Source: a virus
Taxonomy: Duplodnaviria > Heunggongvirae > Uroviricota > Caudoviricetes
Direction: 5' to 3' (one strand)
Virus record (IMG/VR): IMGVR_UViG_2681813315_000020
DNA length: 14,422 bases
Below, in pieces: positions 1-7,421 of the stretch; position 1 is the first letter of the stretch; every line of letters starts with the position of its first letter. A program made the translations under genes and the position numbers. The notes under the pieces were generated by a model. That model did not search any database. It worked only from the letters and a program-made list of their open reading frames with translations, and had not been told where the DNA came from.

Positions 1-102
1 ATACTCATAACTAATTGAATTTAAACGACAAATAATATCTTAGATAACTTTAAAAATCGCAAAATGACTACACCAGTAACTACACCGTTCGGTGCACTGT
101 AT

Positions 103-130
103 GAAACAACGTGGAACAAATAGACACAAG
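103..130. repeat. Three 10-bp-phased GAACAAC-like repeats (GAAACAAC / GGAACAAA / GACACAAG), same motif family as arrays at 7092-7123 and 13111-13173
   Basis: Read directly: atGAAACAACgtGGAACAAAtaGACACAAG. The 12-mer ACAACGTGGAAC (107-118) is the exact reverse complement of GTTCCACGTTGT at 13154-13165. Confidence 0.6.
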
Positions 131-612
131 AAATATACAGGCGGGTCATCTTTCCAGGGGAAAGCACGCCAATTCATGAGGGGCGTTAATGTCGATATGG
201 GGATCCCCATAACGGGGCTACCTGGCTTTTTTTCCGGTTAAATGTCAATCAGGCTGGTGGGTTTTACATACCCTTGATCACCGTAATGATGATTCAGATC
301 TGCACCTTTCCACCAATGGTGGAAAAGCCCACAGCAGGCCGCCCAGCCTCCCCCAATGGGGGATTGTGGAAGAATCAACGGGTTAGGCCTTAATCATCTG
401 CGTAATCATAAGTAATCATAATGTTCATTCATCCAGCGCAATTTTGCGTTATCGGGAATATCAAACAGTTACCGCGCCGACTTCCTCAAATTGAGGTTTC
501 CGAAAATATCAGCGGGTTAGCGATTAAGCTGACCATTAATTAAACTGCGAAAATGTCGTAGTTGTGAGGGGTGTAGCCAACCCATTTTTGGACCGTCGGG
601 AATATCAACCAG

Positions 613-906
613 TTACCGCCGCAACCGCTCCGGCTTCTTCCAGTGGTAAGTAATTTTTTCTTTCTCCTGGTACATCTCCACGCGGCGACGATATGACAAC
701 AACTCCAGAACTCTGGTGCGTATATTGCGTATATCCACGCCGTTAAGCTCGATACCGTCACGGCGCATCACCTCAGCCACCACACGCGCGTAATTTTCGG
801 CTATCACGCTGTCCGGCTGCGTGGCCTCCTGTTTGCCTGCTTCCTGGCTGATTCCGGTAACGCGGCGGATTATTTTTAGTAGTTCGGTTTCGCTCATTCT
901 CGTCAT
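613..906 (-). CDS. Hypothetical 97-aa protein, translationally coupled to terL (ATGA stop/start overlap)
   Basis: ORF MTRMSETELLKIIRRV...; its ATG (906-904) overlaps the terL TGA (905-903). No family recognised by eye. Confidence 0.5.
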   Translation of the reverse strand: MTRMSETELLKIIRRVTGISQEAGKQEATQPDSVIAENYARVVAEVMRRDGIELNGVDIRNIRTRVLELLSYRRRVEMYQEKEKITYHWKKPERLRR

Positions 907-2564
907 ACCCCATCAAACGCCGCAAGCCGCTCTTTGTGGCTGTCGCTCATATCGAATGCAAAATCCTCGTGCTCTGCCTGGAATGTGCCAAACGCCATCA
1001 GCGCCGCAACGCTCGGGTCTATCTTGTTGGATGATTTTTTCTTGTTCGGCTTGATATTGGCGTTCGCGTCACTCTGCATCACAACATTACTCATTGACCA
1101 GGCCAGCACCGGATCGCCACGATGCACAATCACCTTCCGGTTAACAAAAACTTCGAACGATTTCGCCGCCGGACTGAAACGAAGGTATGTTTGCGGGAAC
1201 GGCTCCACCTCAAATCCTGCCCCCTGTAGCTGCGTCCTCAGGTGCGTGGCGTTCCATGTATCGAAGCCCACCAGCCTGATATTGAAATTCTCTGCATCCG
1301 CCATGATGTCATCACGGATACGGTCATAATCAATGCAGTCACCCGGTGTTGTGCGTATCCAGCCCGCCTTTACCCACTGGCGATAGATGGCGCGGTTTTT
1401 ATTGGCGGGGTTCTGTAGCTGAAATTCCGGCAGATAGTGACGGGAAACCAGCATAATCTTTTTACCGACCGGAAAGGCATAGCACACGCTGGAAATATCG
1501 CTGGTTGATGATAAGTCCAGCCCCGCGTAGCACTCCTGACCGTATAAATCCGCCTCCGCGAACGTTCCGGCGCACTCCGCCCATGCACCGTTACCCATCC
1601 ACGGCGTAGCCCCCTGACACCAGATATTGAATCGCTTGGTGAGCATTTCCACCTACTGCGACGGAATACCCCGCGCTTTCTGGATGGTTGAGGCCAGTTT
1701 TTCACGATCGACGGAAACATCGATATTGGGATTCGCCTTTATCCACATCGCCGGATCGTCAACCTCGCTTTCATCATCCAGCTCGTAAATCAGCACGAAC
1801 ATGGATTCGTTCACCTCTTCACCATCCAGTATCTGGCAGCAATAGTCATAGTGTTGTTTACAGGCTGAAACAACGTTGCTCCCCGATGTGGTGATGGCAA
1901 ATAACAGCCCCTCCGGACGCGCCCCCATTCCCAGTTCAAGCGCGGAATAAACCCCGTTGTCAGGGTGCAGGTGATATTCATCCACAATGGCAAGACTCGG
2001 GTTTGTACCTTCAATGGTTGCCGCTTTTGCTGCCAGTGGCTTTAACAGGCTGTTGGTTTTCGGGTGTATCACCTTGTGTGCCTGAATATTTACCCGCTTT
2101 CGTAACGGTCGGGATAAAAGGCACATCTGACGCGCATCATCAAACACGATCCGCGCCTGATCACGACTCACGGCGGCGGTGTAAATATCCTGCTGCCCGT
2201 TTTCCATAACCAGAAACCAGTTAGCCAGGATAGCGGCGACCGTGGATTTGGCATTTTTTCGCGGCACTTCAATGAATGCGCTGGTGTATTTGCGCCGTCC
2301 GGTGGCCTTAACCTTAAAGCCCAGGATGCACGCAAAGGCGAACTGCTGCCACGGCTCCAGCTCAATGGGGCTACCGCGCATTGCGCCTTTTACGTGCGGA
2401 CACACCCTGGAAAAGGCAATAAACCGCTCCACGACCTCCGGATCGAACGTGTAAAGGGGGTTTTCAAGGTCAGAAAAATACCGTTTAACGGCCTGTTTCA
2501 GTCGTTTACAGGCCGTAATTTTGCCGTTTTTTACGCCTTCTGCGTACTCATGCCAGGCGGTCAA
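903..2564 (-). pseudogene. terL: Terminase large subunit (HK97-like TerL) interrupted by an in-frame TAG at 1653-1655; N-terminal ATPase fragment 1656-2564, C-terminal nuclease fragment 903-1652
   Basis: ORFs 1653..2564 and 903..1652 are contiguous and in the same frame (...KARGIPSQ-TAG-VEMLTKRFNIW...). The N-terminal part carries a P-loop-like motif (VPRKNAKST) and TerL-like N-terminus; the C-terminal part resembles the terminase nuclease domain. Combined about 553 aa, typical TerL size. Apparent TTG start at 2564 preceded by AGAGGA; overlaps the terS 3' end. Confidence 0.75.
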
Positions 2565-2904
2565 GCTCGTCCTCTTCCTCTGTTTCCGGTGGATTTCTGC
2601 GGCGACTTACCGGGTCAAAACCCAGCAAAGAAGCCATTTTGATCATTATTCTTTCAGCGTCAGCCTTTGCGCTCAGGGCGGGGTTTCTGCTCTCGCTGCC
2701 CTGACTGTTAACAATGCTGAACCCGCGCGTGGCAAGGTCTTCGACGGCTTTGCGGTATATGGAGTAGTTAACGCAATACAGCTCCAGATTGCTCCAGTCG
2801 GCGGGGGTAAGGTCTTCCCGTCCGGAAAGCTGGCGCGATTTTTCCTTCCACTGCCTGACCGCGATTTCATCCAGGTAAGCGGGGGCTTTTGGTGGTCTTG
2901 CCAT
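2548..2904 (-). CDS. terS: Terminase small subunit, P27-like family
   Basis: Translation from the internal ATG at 2904 (MARPPKAPAYLDEIAVRQWKEKSRQL...GFDPVSRRRNPPETEEEDELD) matches the typical P27-family TerS N-terminus and acidic C-terminus. Lies immediately upstream of terL. Confidence 0.8.
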   Translation of the reverse strand: MARPPKAPAYLDEIAVRQWKEKSRQLSGREDLTPADWSNLELYCVNYSIYRKAVEDLATRGFSIVNSQGSESRNPALSAKADAERIMIKMASLLGFDPVSRRRNPPETEEEDELDRLA

Positions 2905-3192
2905 GTTCTTTTTTCGCCCAATTATTTTCAAAAAAATTCCCGTGCACAAAAATTTGAGGAGGCGGTCGGTGTCCGGCAGGGACGGTTTCGTCCTGAAAAC
3001 CACCCCCACCCCCTCTGACGGCCTCACCAGCGATTGCGAAAACATTCCATGACCTCGCGGTCACGGTCGGTTAATTGCTTCGCTGTGGTGCGTTCTGTGC
3101 GCCCTGTCCTGTTGGCTTTGTGCCCTGTCTCCTGTGTCTTCCATAAGTCACGCTGCCTTATCAGTCCACGTATCAGCCTGGTTTGCTCCTGT
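2905..3192. other. Candidate cos/packaging-site region between HNH and terS
   Basis: 288-bp gap in an otherwise tightly packed operon. Contains direct repeats GTGCGCCCTGTCCTGT (3098-3114) and GTGCCCTGTCTCCTGT (3120-3136), inverted repeat TGACCtcgcGGTCA (3049-3062), hairpin GGACGgtttCGTCC and C-tracts. In HK97-type phages cos lies between the HNH gene and terS. Confidence 0.35.
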
Positions 3193-3633
3193 TCAGTCAT
3201 CATCGCCATACATCCAGTCGTTACGGTGTGCTGCCCGTTCTTCCTGCTCGCGATACATGCCCGCCTTACGGTTCGCTTTCGTGGCTGGATCTTCCCGTGT
3301 CGTCTTACGGTTGTGGCACGTCTGGCACAATGCCTGGTGGTTCCACTCAGGCCAGAAGAGAACATCACCGCCGCCATTGATGGGGATGATGTGATCCACC
3401 ACAAGAGCTGGCGTATAAATCCCCTTAGCCAGACAACGCACGCATAACGGGTTTTTGCTCAGGTACAGGGCGCGGTATTTGTCCCACTGTCGGGAATACC
3501 CGCGCGCGCGGCGGTGTCCCCGTCTGGCATCCTCTGCACGCCATACAGCCCGTCTGTGCTCTTCACACTTGCCGGACTTCACGCGCTTATTACAGCCCGG
3601 CTCAGTGCATCGCCTTAATGGTTGCCACGGCAT
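3193..3633 (-). CDS. HNH endonuclease (phage packaging-associated)
   Basis: 146 aa with Cys pairs and the HNH core ...VVDHIIPINGGGDVLFWPEWNHQALCQTCHNRKT. Start overlaps the connector stop (TGATG). Sits directly upstream of terS as in HK97-type HNH-dependent cos packaging. Confidence 0.85.
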   Translation of the reverse strand: MPWQPLRRCTEPGCNKRVKSGKCEEHRRAVWRAEDARRGHRRARGYSRQWDKYRALYLSKNPLCVRCLAKGIYTPALVVDHIIPINGGGDVLFWPEWNHQALCQTCHNRKTTREDPATKANRKAGMYREQEERAAHRNDWMYGDDD

Positions 3634-3935
3634 CAGTACACCCCCACATCACGATAAACCGACCAGAGCGCAGAAATAGCCATAGGCAGTTCAGACTGCT
3701 CCACTGGTGAAACTGCTTCCCTGTTCTCGTACAGGAAAGCGATGTACATCAGGCAACCAACACGCATTGCCGGGGTAAATTCCAGCCCGTCTTCAAAACG
3801 TTTCCCGATATGCTTCTGGCAGGCTTCCAGCGCCGCATCGGTATACATTTTCAGAAGTTCGCCTTCACCGGATAAATCATCATCAAGTCGAAGATGTGCC
3901 CTGACTTCATCAGGTGTAATTCTGGCTTCACTCAT
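3633..3935 (-). CDS. Head-tail connector protein (gp6-like)
   Basis: Start at internal ATG 3935 with SD AAGGGAGA: MSEARITPDEVRAHLRLDDDLSGEGELLKMYTDAALEACQKHIGKRF..., typical N-terminal signature of gp6-like connector proteins. About 100 aa. Confidence 0.65.
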   Translation of the reverse strand: MSEARITPDEVRAHLRLDDDLSGEGELLKMYTDAALEACQKHIGKRFEDGLEFTPAMRVGCLMYIAFLYENREAVSPVEQSELPMAISALWSVYRDVGVY

Positions 3936-5142
3936 CTTTTCTCCCTTTAATTTCCACAGTCTGTTTCCATGCCTGGCTGAACTCATCACCACCTTCACGC
4001 GGCGGCATACCCTCGCGTTCGCGAGCTTCGTTCGGATTCATGATCCCGCTCTTAATCCCTTTCTCATACGTGGCATAACGTTCGGTGGGTGTGGCGCGCA
4101 GTAAATCGGCTGAATCAAACTCAACCAGATAACGGGTACCAGGTACGGGAGAAGTCACCAGCAAAGCGGCCTTGATTTGCTGTTCGAAGTTCGCCAGCCA
4201 CGGGCGCATTGTCATGGTCAGAAATGCGCGGCTCGCCTCACTGAAATTGCTGTAGGTGCTGTTGCTGTATTCCTGAAGAAAAATCGGCGACACGTTGAAC
4301 ATCCTGGCGATGTCTTCAATGGAGAAGCGACGGGAGGCCAGCCATTCCGCATCCTGGTTACTCATCCCCAGCCGCCTGTAATCCATGCCCCCTTCAAGGA
4401 TTGGCGTTTTTCCGGCATTTTTCGCCCCCTTGTAGCGTTCCAGTGCGTCTAATGCCTGTTTACCTTTCACGCCGTCCAGCCATTCACCTGACGTGATAAT
4501 CCCTGCCGCCATCATGCCATCTTTCATAATGCTGGCTCCGTGGCGCTGTTGAGCAAGGCCAAGCCCCAGCGCCTCACGGCAAATCGTGACGGGGGAACGC
4601 CCCAGAAAGCCATCATCCGAGGCATAGCGGAGATGCAGAACTTCTTCCTGTAAATACGTGCGCACCGTTCCTGTACAGGGTTCGGTGATGGTATAGCGGT
4701 ATTTGTGTGTGCCTGTGCGTTCCGGTACAACACACCCCGGCGCATAAGGATGAAGTGATTTTGGCTGCCCGTCCCGCCCCCACTCAATAACCGCATAGGC
4801 GTTACCGTTCAGCAGGCAGTGACGCATCATTGTGCGTTTAAACTGGTAAGGTGTCAGGCACGAATTAGGCTGCTCATTCAGCAGAATATCTACCGGGTGA
4901 CTGTCCAGCCATTCCCGCGCCTCTCTGCCCTTATCATTGCGTACCAGATACAGGTAACACGGCATCGTGGCCACCGCCTCAGCGATGACAGAAACCGCGT
5001 TCATCACAGCAGGCAATGATTCAGCCGTCCCGGCAGAAACATATTCTCCGGATCCGGTATTTGGTACACCAGACAACGCCAGAAAATCATCAATGGACAG
5101 GTTACGCAGATCGCTTTTTTTACGACTAAAAGGCCACCACAT
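3928..5142 (-). CDS. Portal protein, HK97 family
   Basis: About 404 aa from ATG 5142, 1 nt after the protease TGA. Portal-like segments: HPVDILLNEQPNSCLTPYQFKRTMMRHCLLNGNAYAV..., ...FSIEDIARMFNVSPIFLQ..., ...TMTMRPWLANFEQ... Confidence 0.85.
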   Translation of the reverse strand: MWWPFSRKKSDLRNLSIDDFLALSGVPNTGSGEYVSAGTAESLPAVMNAVSVIAEAVATMPCYLYLVRNDKGREAREWLDSHPVDILLNEQPNSCLTPYQFKRTMMRHCLLNGNAYAVIEWGRDGQPKSLHPYAPGCVVPERTGTHKYRYTITEPCTGTVRTYLQEEVLHLRYASDDGFLGRSPVTICREALGLGLAQQRHGASIMKDGMMAAGIITSGEWLDGVKGKQALDALERYKGAKNAGKTPILEGGMDYRRLGMSNQDAEWLASRRFSIEDIARMFNVSPIFLQEYSNSTYSNFSEASRAFLTMTMRPWLANFEQQIKAALLVTSPVPGTRYLVEFDSADLLRATPTERYATYEKGIKSGIMNPNEAREREGMPPREGGDEFSQAWKQTVEIKGRKDE

Positions 5143-5143
5143 A

Positions 5144-5704
5144 TCACAACCCCGCCAGTTCAGCCCAGCGATGACGATTATTTCCTGCCGGGCGTAATTC
5201 AGGGTACTGTGCAAACAACGAACGGTGGGCAATCTCCACGCCGGATTCGGGATAAGCAGGCATCGATGTTATCGTGATTTCACGGAGTTCTGCTGCGGTT
5301 ACAGTACGCAGATACGGTTTTTGCGCGATATTCCACTCCTCGCATAATGCGCGAAAGCCAAAGCTCATTCCTGTAATATCGCCACGTTCCACCAGCGTAA
5401 GCACATCTTTTCCAAGCTGGGTATTTGGCGGTGTCAGTTCAAAACGTAGCCCGGTGTTATCCTCAGTCAGTACCAGTGAGCCGGATTTGGTACGCCCCAG
5501 CAGTTGGGTATAGTCATGCTCATACAGACAGCGCACATCATTACCTGCCGCCAGATAGTCAGCAAAAGCCCCCGGCGTGAACTGTTCGCGAAACTCGTCC
5601 CAGATAATTTCTGAAAGGCTGTTCCAGCGAACGGCATAACCCACCAGTTTTTTATCGCTGGCGGTCAGTTCAGATGTACGGATTTCAAAATCGGTGTTTT
5701 TCAT
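5144..5704 (-). CDS. Prohead maturation protease, HK97 family (S78-like)
   Basis: Start at internal ATG 5704 (SD GGAG 7 nt upstream): MKNTDFEIRTSE...LVGYAVRWNSLSEII...GMSFGFRA...LREITITSMPAYPESG, matching the conserved blocks of HK97 prohead proteases. Confidence 0.8.
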   Translation of the reverse strand: MKNTDFEIRTSELTASDKKLVGYAVRWNSLSEIIWDEFREQFTPGAFADYLAAGNDVRCLYEHDYTQLLGRTKSGSLVLTEDNTGLRFELTPPNTQLGKDVLTLVERGDITGMSFGFRALCEEWNIAQKPYLRTVTAAELREITITSMPAYPESGVEIAHRSLFAQYPELRPAGNNRHRWAELAGL

Positions 5705-5753
5705 CGGTGTACTCCATAAAGCTGAAAAAGGAGGCCGAAGCCCCCTTTGCTCA

Positions 5754-6899
5754 TTACTTGCCAGCCTGAATTTCCAGAATCTTGATGGCGTTCGAATCCA
5801 CCACACCACCGCCCAGATATTTCTGGGTATAGATGTTAATGAATCCAGGCTCGCTGAAATCCGGACGGGTACGCGTACCGGTTTTATGGTCAACGATGAA
5901 ATAACCGCGCTTAAAGTCACCGACTGCAATCACACCGTCTGGCATAAATTCCAGATATTCAACCGGAAGCCCCAGCAGAGAATCAGGATCACCAGCCTGT
6001 AAACGATCGCGCCAGATGTAATCACCAGTGGCATTTTTCAGTTTTTGTGCGGAGGCGGCTGTATTTGAGTTCATCACCCATACAGCTTTTTTGCGGTACT
6101 TATTGCGCAGCGTAAATTTCAGGTCAATCAGCATATCGGCGCTGAGACTGCCAGTCACTTTTTTCGTCTGGAGCGTACCGAAAGGACGGGTTTTGTCATT
6201 ATCCGTAGCGCGCGGGAAAGTCAGGAAACCTTTGGCTTTTTTCTCGCCATCACCGGAAACCAGATCCGTTTCTTCGGTATCAACGAAAGTGTCGCCAATT
6301 TCAGAAGATAACCAGCCCATAATATCGACTTCGGAAAAATCGATAATTTCCTGAGTGGTTTTCGGGTAAGCGTAGATCGGATACAGGCGGATACTGACTT
6401 CATTCAGTTTTGGGGTTGCCGTCTGGTTACGTGCCGCACCTTCTTCGCCGTGTCCCACGACCGCACCCCCGGCAGAAACCAGTTGCTTAAATTCATTACT
6501 GTGAATGGTTTTAACAGTACAGATTTTACGCATCACCGACTCATCAGAAAGCTGACGCATAATTTCTCTGTTCAGTTCCGGGATAACCGTATAACCACCA
6601 TCAGCCGGAACACTGCCGGACAGGTTGCGGGTTTCCCCGGTCAGAATGTAAGAGCGTAGCTCATTTTTGGTGATTTTATCTTCGACGGGAACACCAGGCT
6701 GGTTACGTTCTTCATCAGCCACAGACTCGAGGCGGGAAATTTCTGTGTCGAGGGAATCGGCTTTTGCACGCAGTTCATCAAACTGTTTGCCTTCGTCATC
6801 GGTTAGACTGCGGTTTTCACTGTCGGCTTTTTCCAGCAGGGATCGCATCTGGTTTTTCAGGGCGGTTTTTTGCTGGCGGAGTTCGATTAATTTCTTCAT
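5754..6899 (-). CDS. Major capsid protein, HK97 fold, with N-terminal coiled-coil (delta/scaffold-like) domain
   Basis: 381 aa. N-terminal about 100 aa predicted coiled coil (MKKLIELRQQKTALKNQMRSLLEKA...). Body has HK97-family capsid blocks (GHGEEGAARNQTATPKLNEVSIRL..., ...DLVSGDGEKKAKGFLTF...). Confidence 0.85.
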   Translation of the reverse strand: MKKLIELRQQKTALKNQMRSLLEKADSENRSLTDDEGKQFDELRAKADSLDTEISRLESVADEERNQPGVPVEDKITKNELRSYILTGETRNLSGSVPADGGYTVIPELNREIMRQLSDESVMRKICTVKTIHSNEFKQLVSAGGAVVGHGEEGAARNQTATPKLNEVSIRLYPIYAYPKTTQEIIDFSEVDIMGWLSSEIGDTFVDTEETDLVSGDGEKKAKGFLTFPRATDNDKTRPFGTLQTKKVTGSLSADMLIDLKFTLRNKYRKKAVWVMNSNTAASAQKLKNATGDYIWRDRLQAGDPDSLLGLPVEYLEFMPDGVIAVGDFKRGYFIVDHKTGTRTRPDFSEPGFINIYTQKYLGGGVVDSNAIKILEIQAGK

Positions 6900-7054
6900 G
6901 AAGGTTTTCTCGCATTGGTTAAGATTCAGGACGTGAAACCAACACGGGGGGAGCGCCGCCCGACACTCTCGGCATCTCGCAGATCAACCCGGCATCGCGC
7001 AGGGGGTCAGGCGGCATTGTGGCGGCTCACGTCTGAGTGCCACACGCCAACATA

Positions 7055-7082
7055 TACATAAAAATCAGTATGTAAACATCAA
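7055..7082 (-). promoter_or_regulatory. Candidate sigma70-type promoter for the head/packaging operon
   Basis: On the minus strand: TTGATG (7082-7077) - 16 bp - TATGTA (7060-7055), immediately downstream of the GTTGTTC repeat array and upstream of the capsid gene with an about 150-nt GC-rich leader. Hexamers are imperfect; prediction by eye only. Confidence 0.3.
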
Positions 7083-7091
7083 CCAGAATCA

Positions 7092-7123
7092 CCGAACAAC
7101 CTGGAACAACCACGAACAAATAA
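7092..7123. repeat. Three 10-bp-phased GAACAAC repeats (minus strand GTTGTTC) between the terminator and the packaging-operon promoter
   Basis: Read directly: ccGAACAACCtgGAACAACCacGAACAAAt; same motif family as 103-130 and 13111-13173. Confidence 0.6.
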
Positions 7124-7142
7124 TTTACAAAACCTGAAAAAA

Positions 7143-7163
7143 GGCCCGGAAAAAATCCGGGCC
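7143..7163. terminator. Bidirectional rho-independent terminator
   Basis: GGCCCGG-aaaaaat-CCGGGCC, flanked by an A-tract upstream and T-tract downstream on the plus strand; on the minus strand it follows the stop of the 7173..7421 gene and precedes TTTTTCAGGTTTTG. Confidence 0.8.
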
Positions 7164-7172
7164 TTTATCGCT

Positions 7173-7421
7173 TTATTGTTTCACTGGCTCCCGCATTCTG
7201 CGTCTTATTTTCCACAAATATTCGATCATCGCTTCCACCTGCTCACGGTTGGTTGCGAAAATTTCCCCGGTCAGTGAGCTACGCAGAAAATCATGATGAT
7301 CCACAAAAAATAACGCATCGGAAGAAAGCAACCGACGATATTTTTTTGCTGTCGTGGTTTCCAGATCATCAAAACCATGAAGCTTTTTATGTTGCTGAAC
7401 TTCTTCAAATGTCACTGGCAT
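7173..7421 (-). CDS. Hypothetical 82-aa protein
   Basis: ORF with strong SD (AAGGGGGA) before ATG 7421; start overlaps the 3' end of the FinO/ProQ-like gene; followed by the terminator. No family recognised. Confidence 0.5.
   Translation of the reverse strand: MPVTFEEVQQHKKLHGFDDLETTTAKKYRRLLSSDALFFVDHHDFLRSSLTGEIFATNREQVEAMIEYLWKIRRRMREPVKQ

Noticed and set aside
1-612. tRNA or tmRNA gene / att core at the left end
   Set aside because: No tRNA-like T-arm/acceptor sequence (GGTTCGAATCC-type followed by CCA) was found by eye, so no att core could be assigned; the integration target probably lies beyond the right edge, next to the int 5' end.
903-2564. terL as two independent genes (separate ATPase and nuclease proteins)
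   Set aside because: The two ORFs are contiguous in the same frame and separated by a single TAG, and their combined length matches a normal TerL; an interrupted single gene is the simpler reading.
2521-3447. Overlapping ORFs (2521..3018 +, 2673..2921 -, 2867..3064 -, 3024..3404 -, 3034..3447 +, 3134..3394 +, 3183..3380 +) around terS, the cos gap and HNH
   Set aside because: They overlap the terS and HNH genes out of frame or antisense, or cross the repeat-rich candidate cos region; the translations are low complexity. Treated as non-coding artefacts.
4177-5197. Short plus-strand ORFs (66-91 aa) inside the portal and protease genes
   Set aside because: Antisense to well-supported structural genes, with no ribosome-binding sites.
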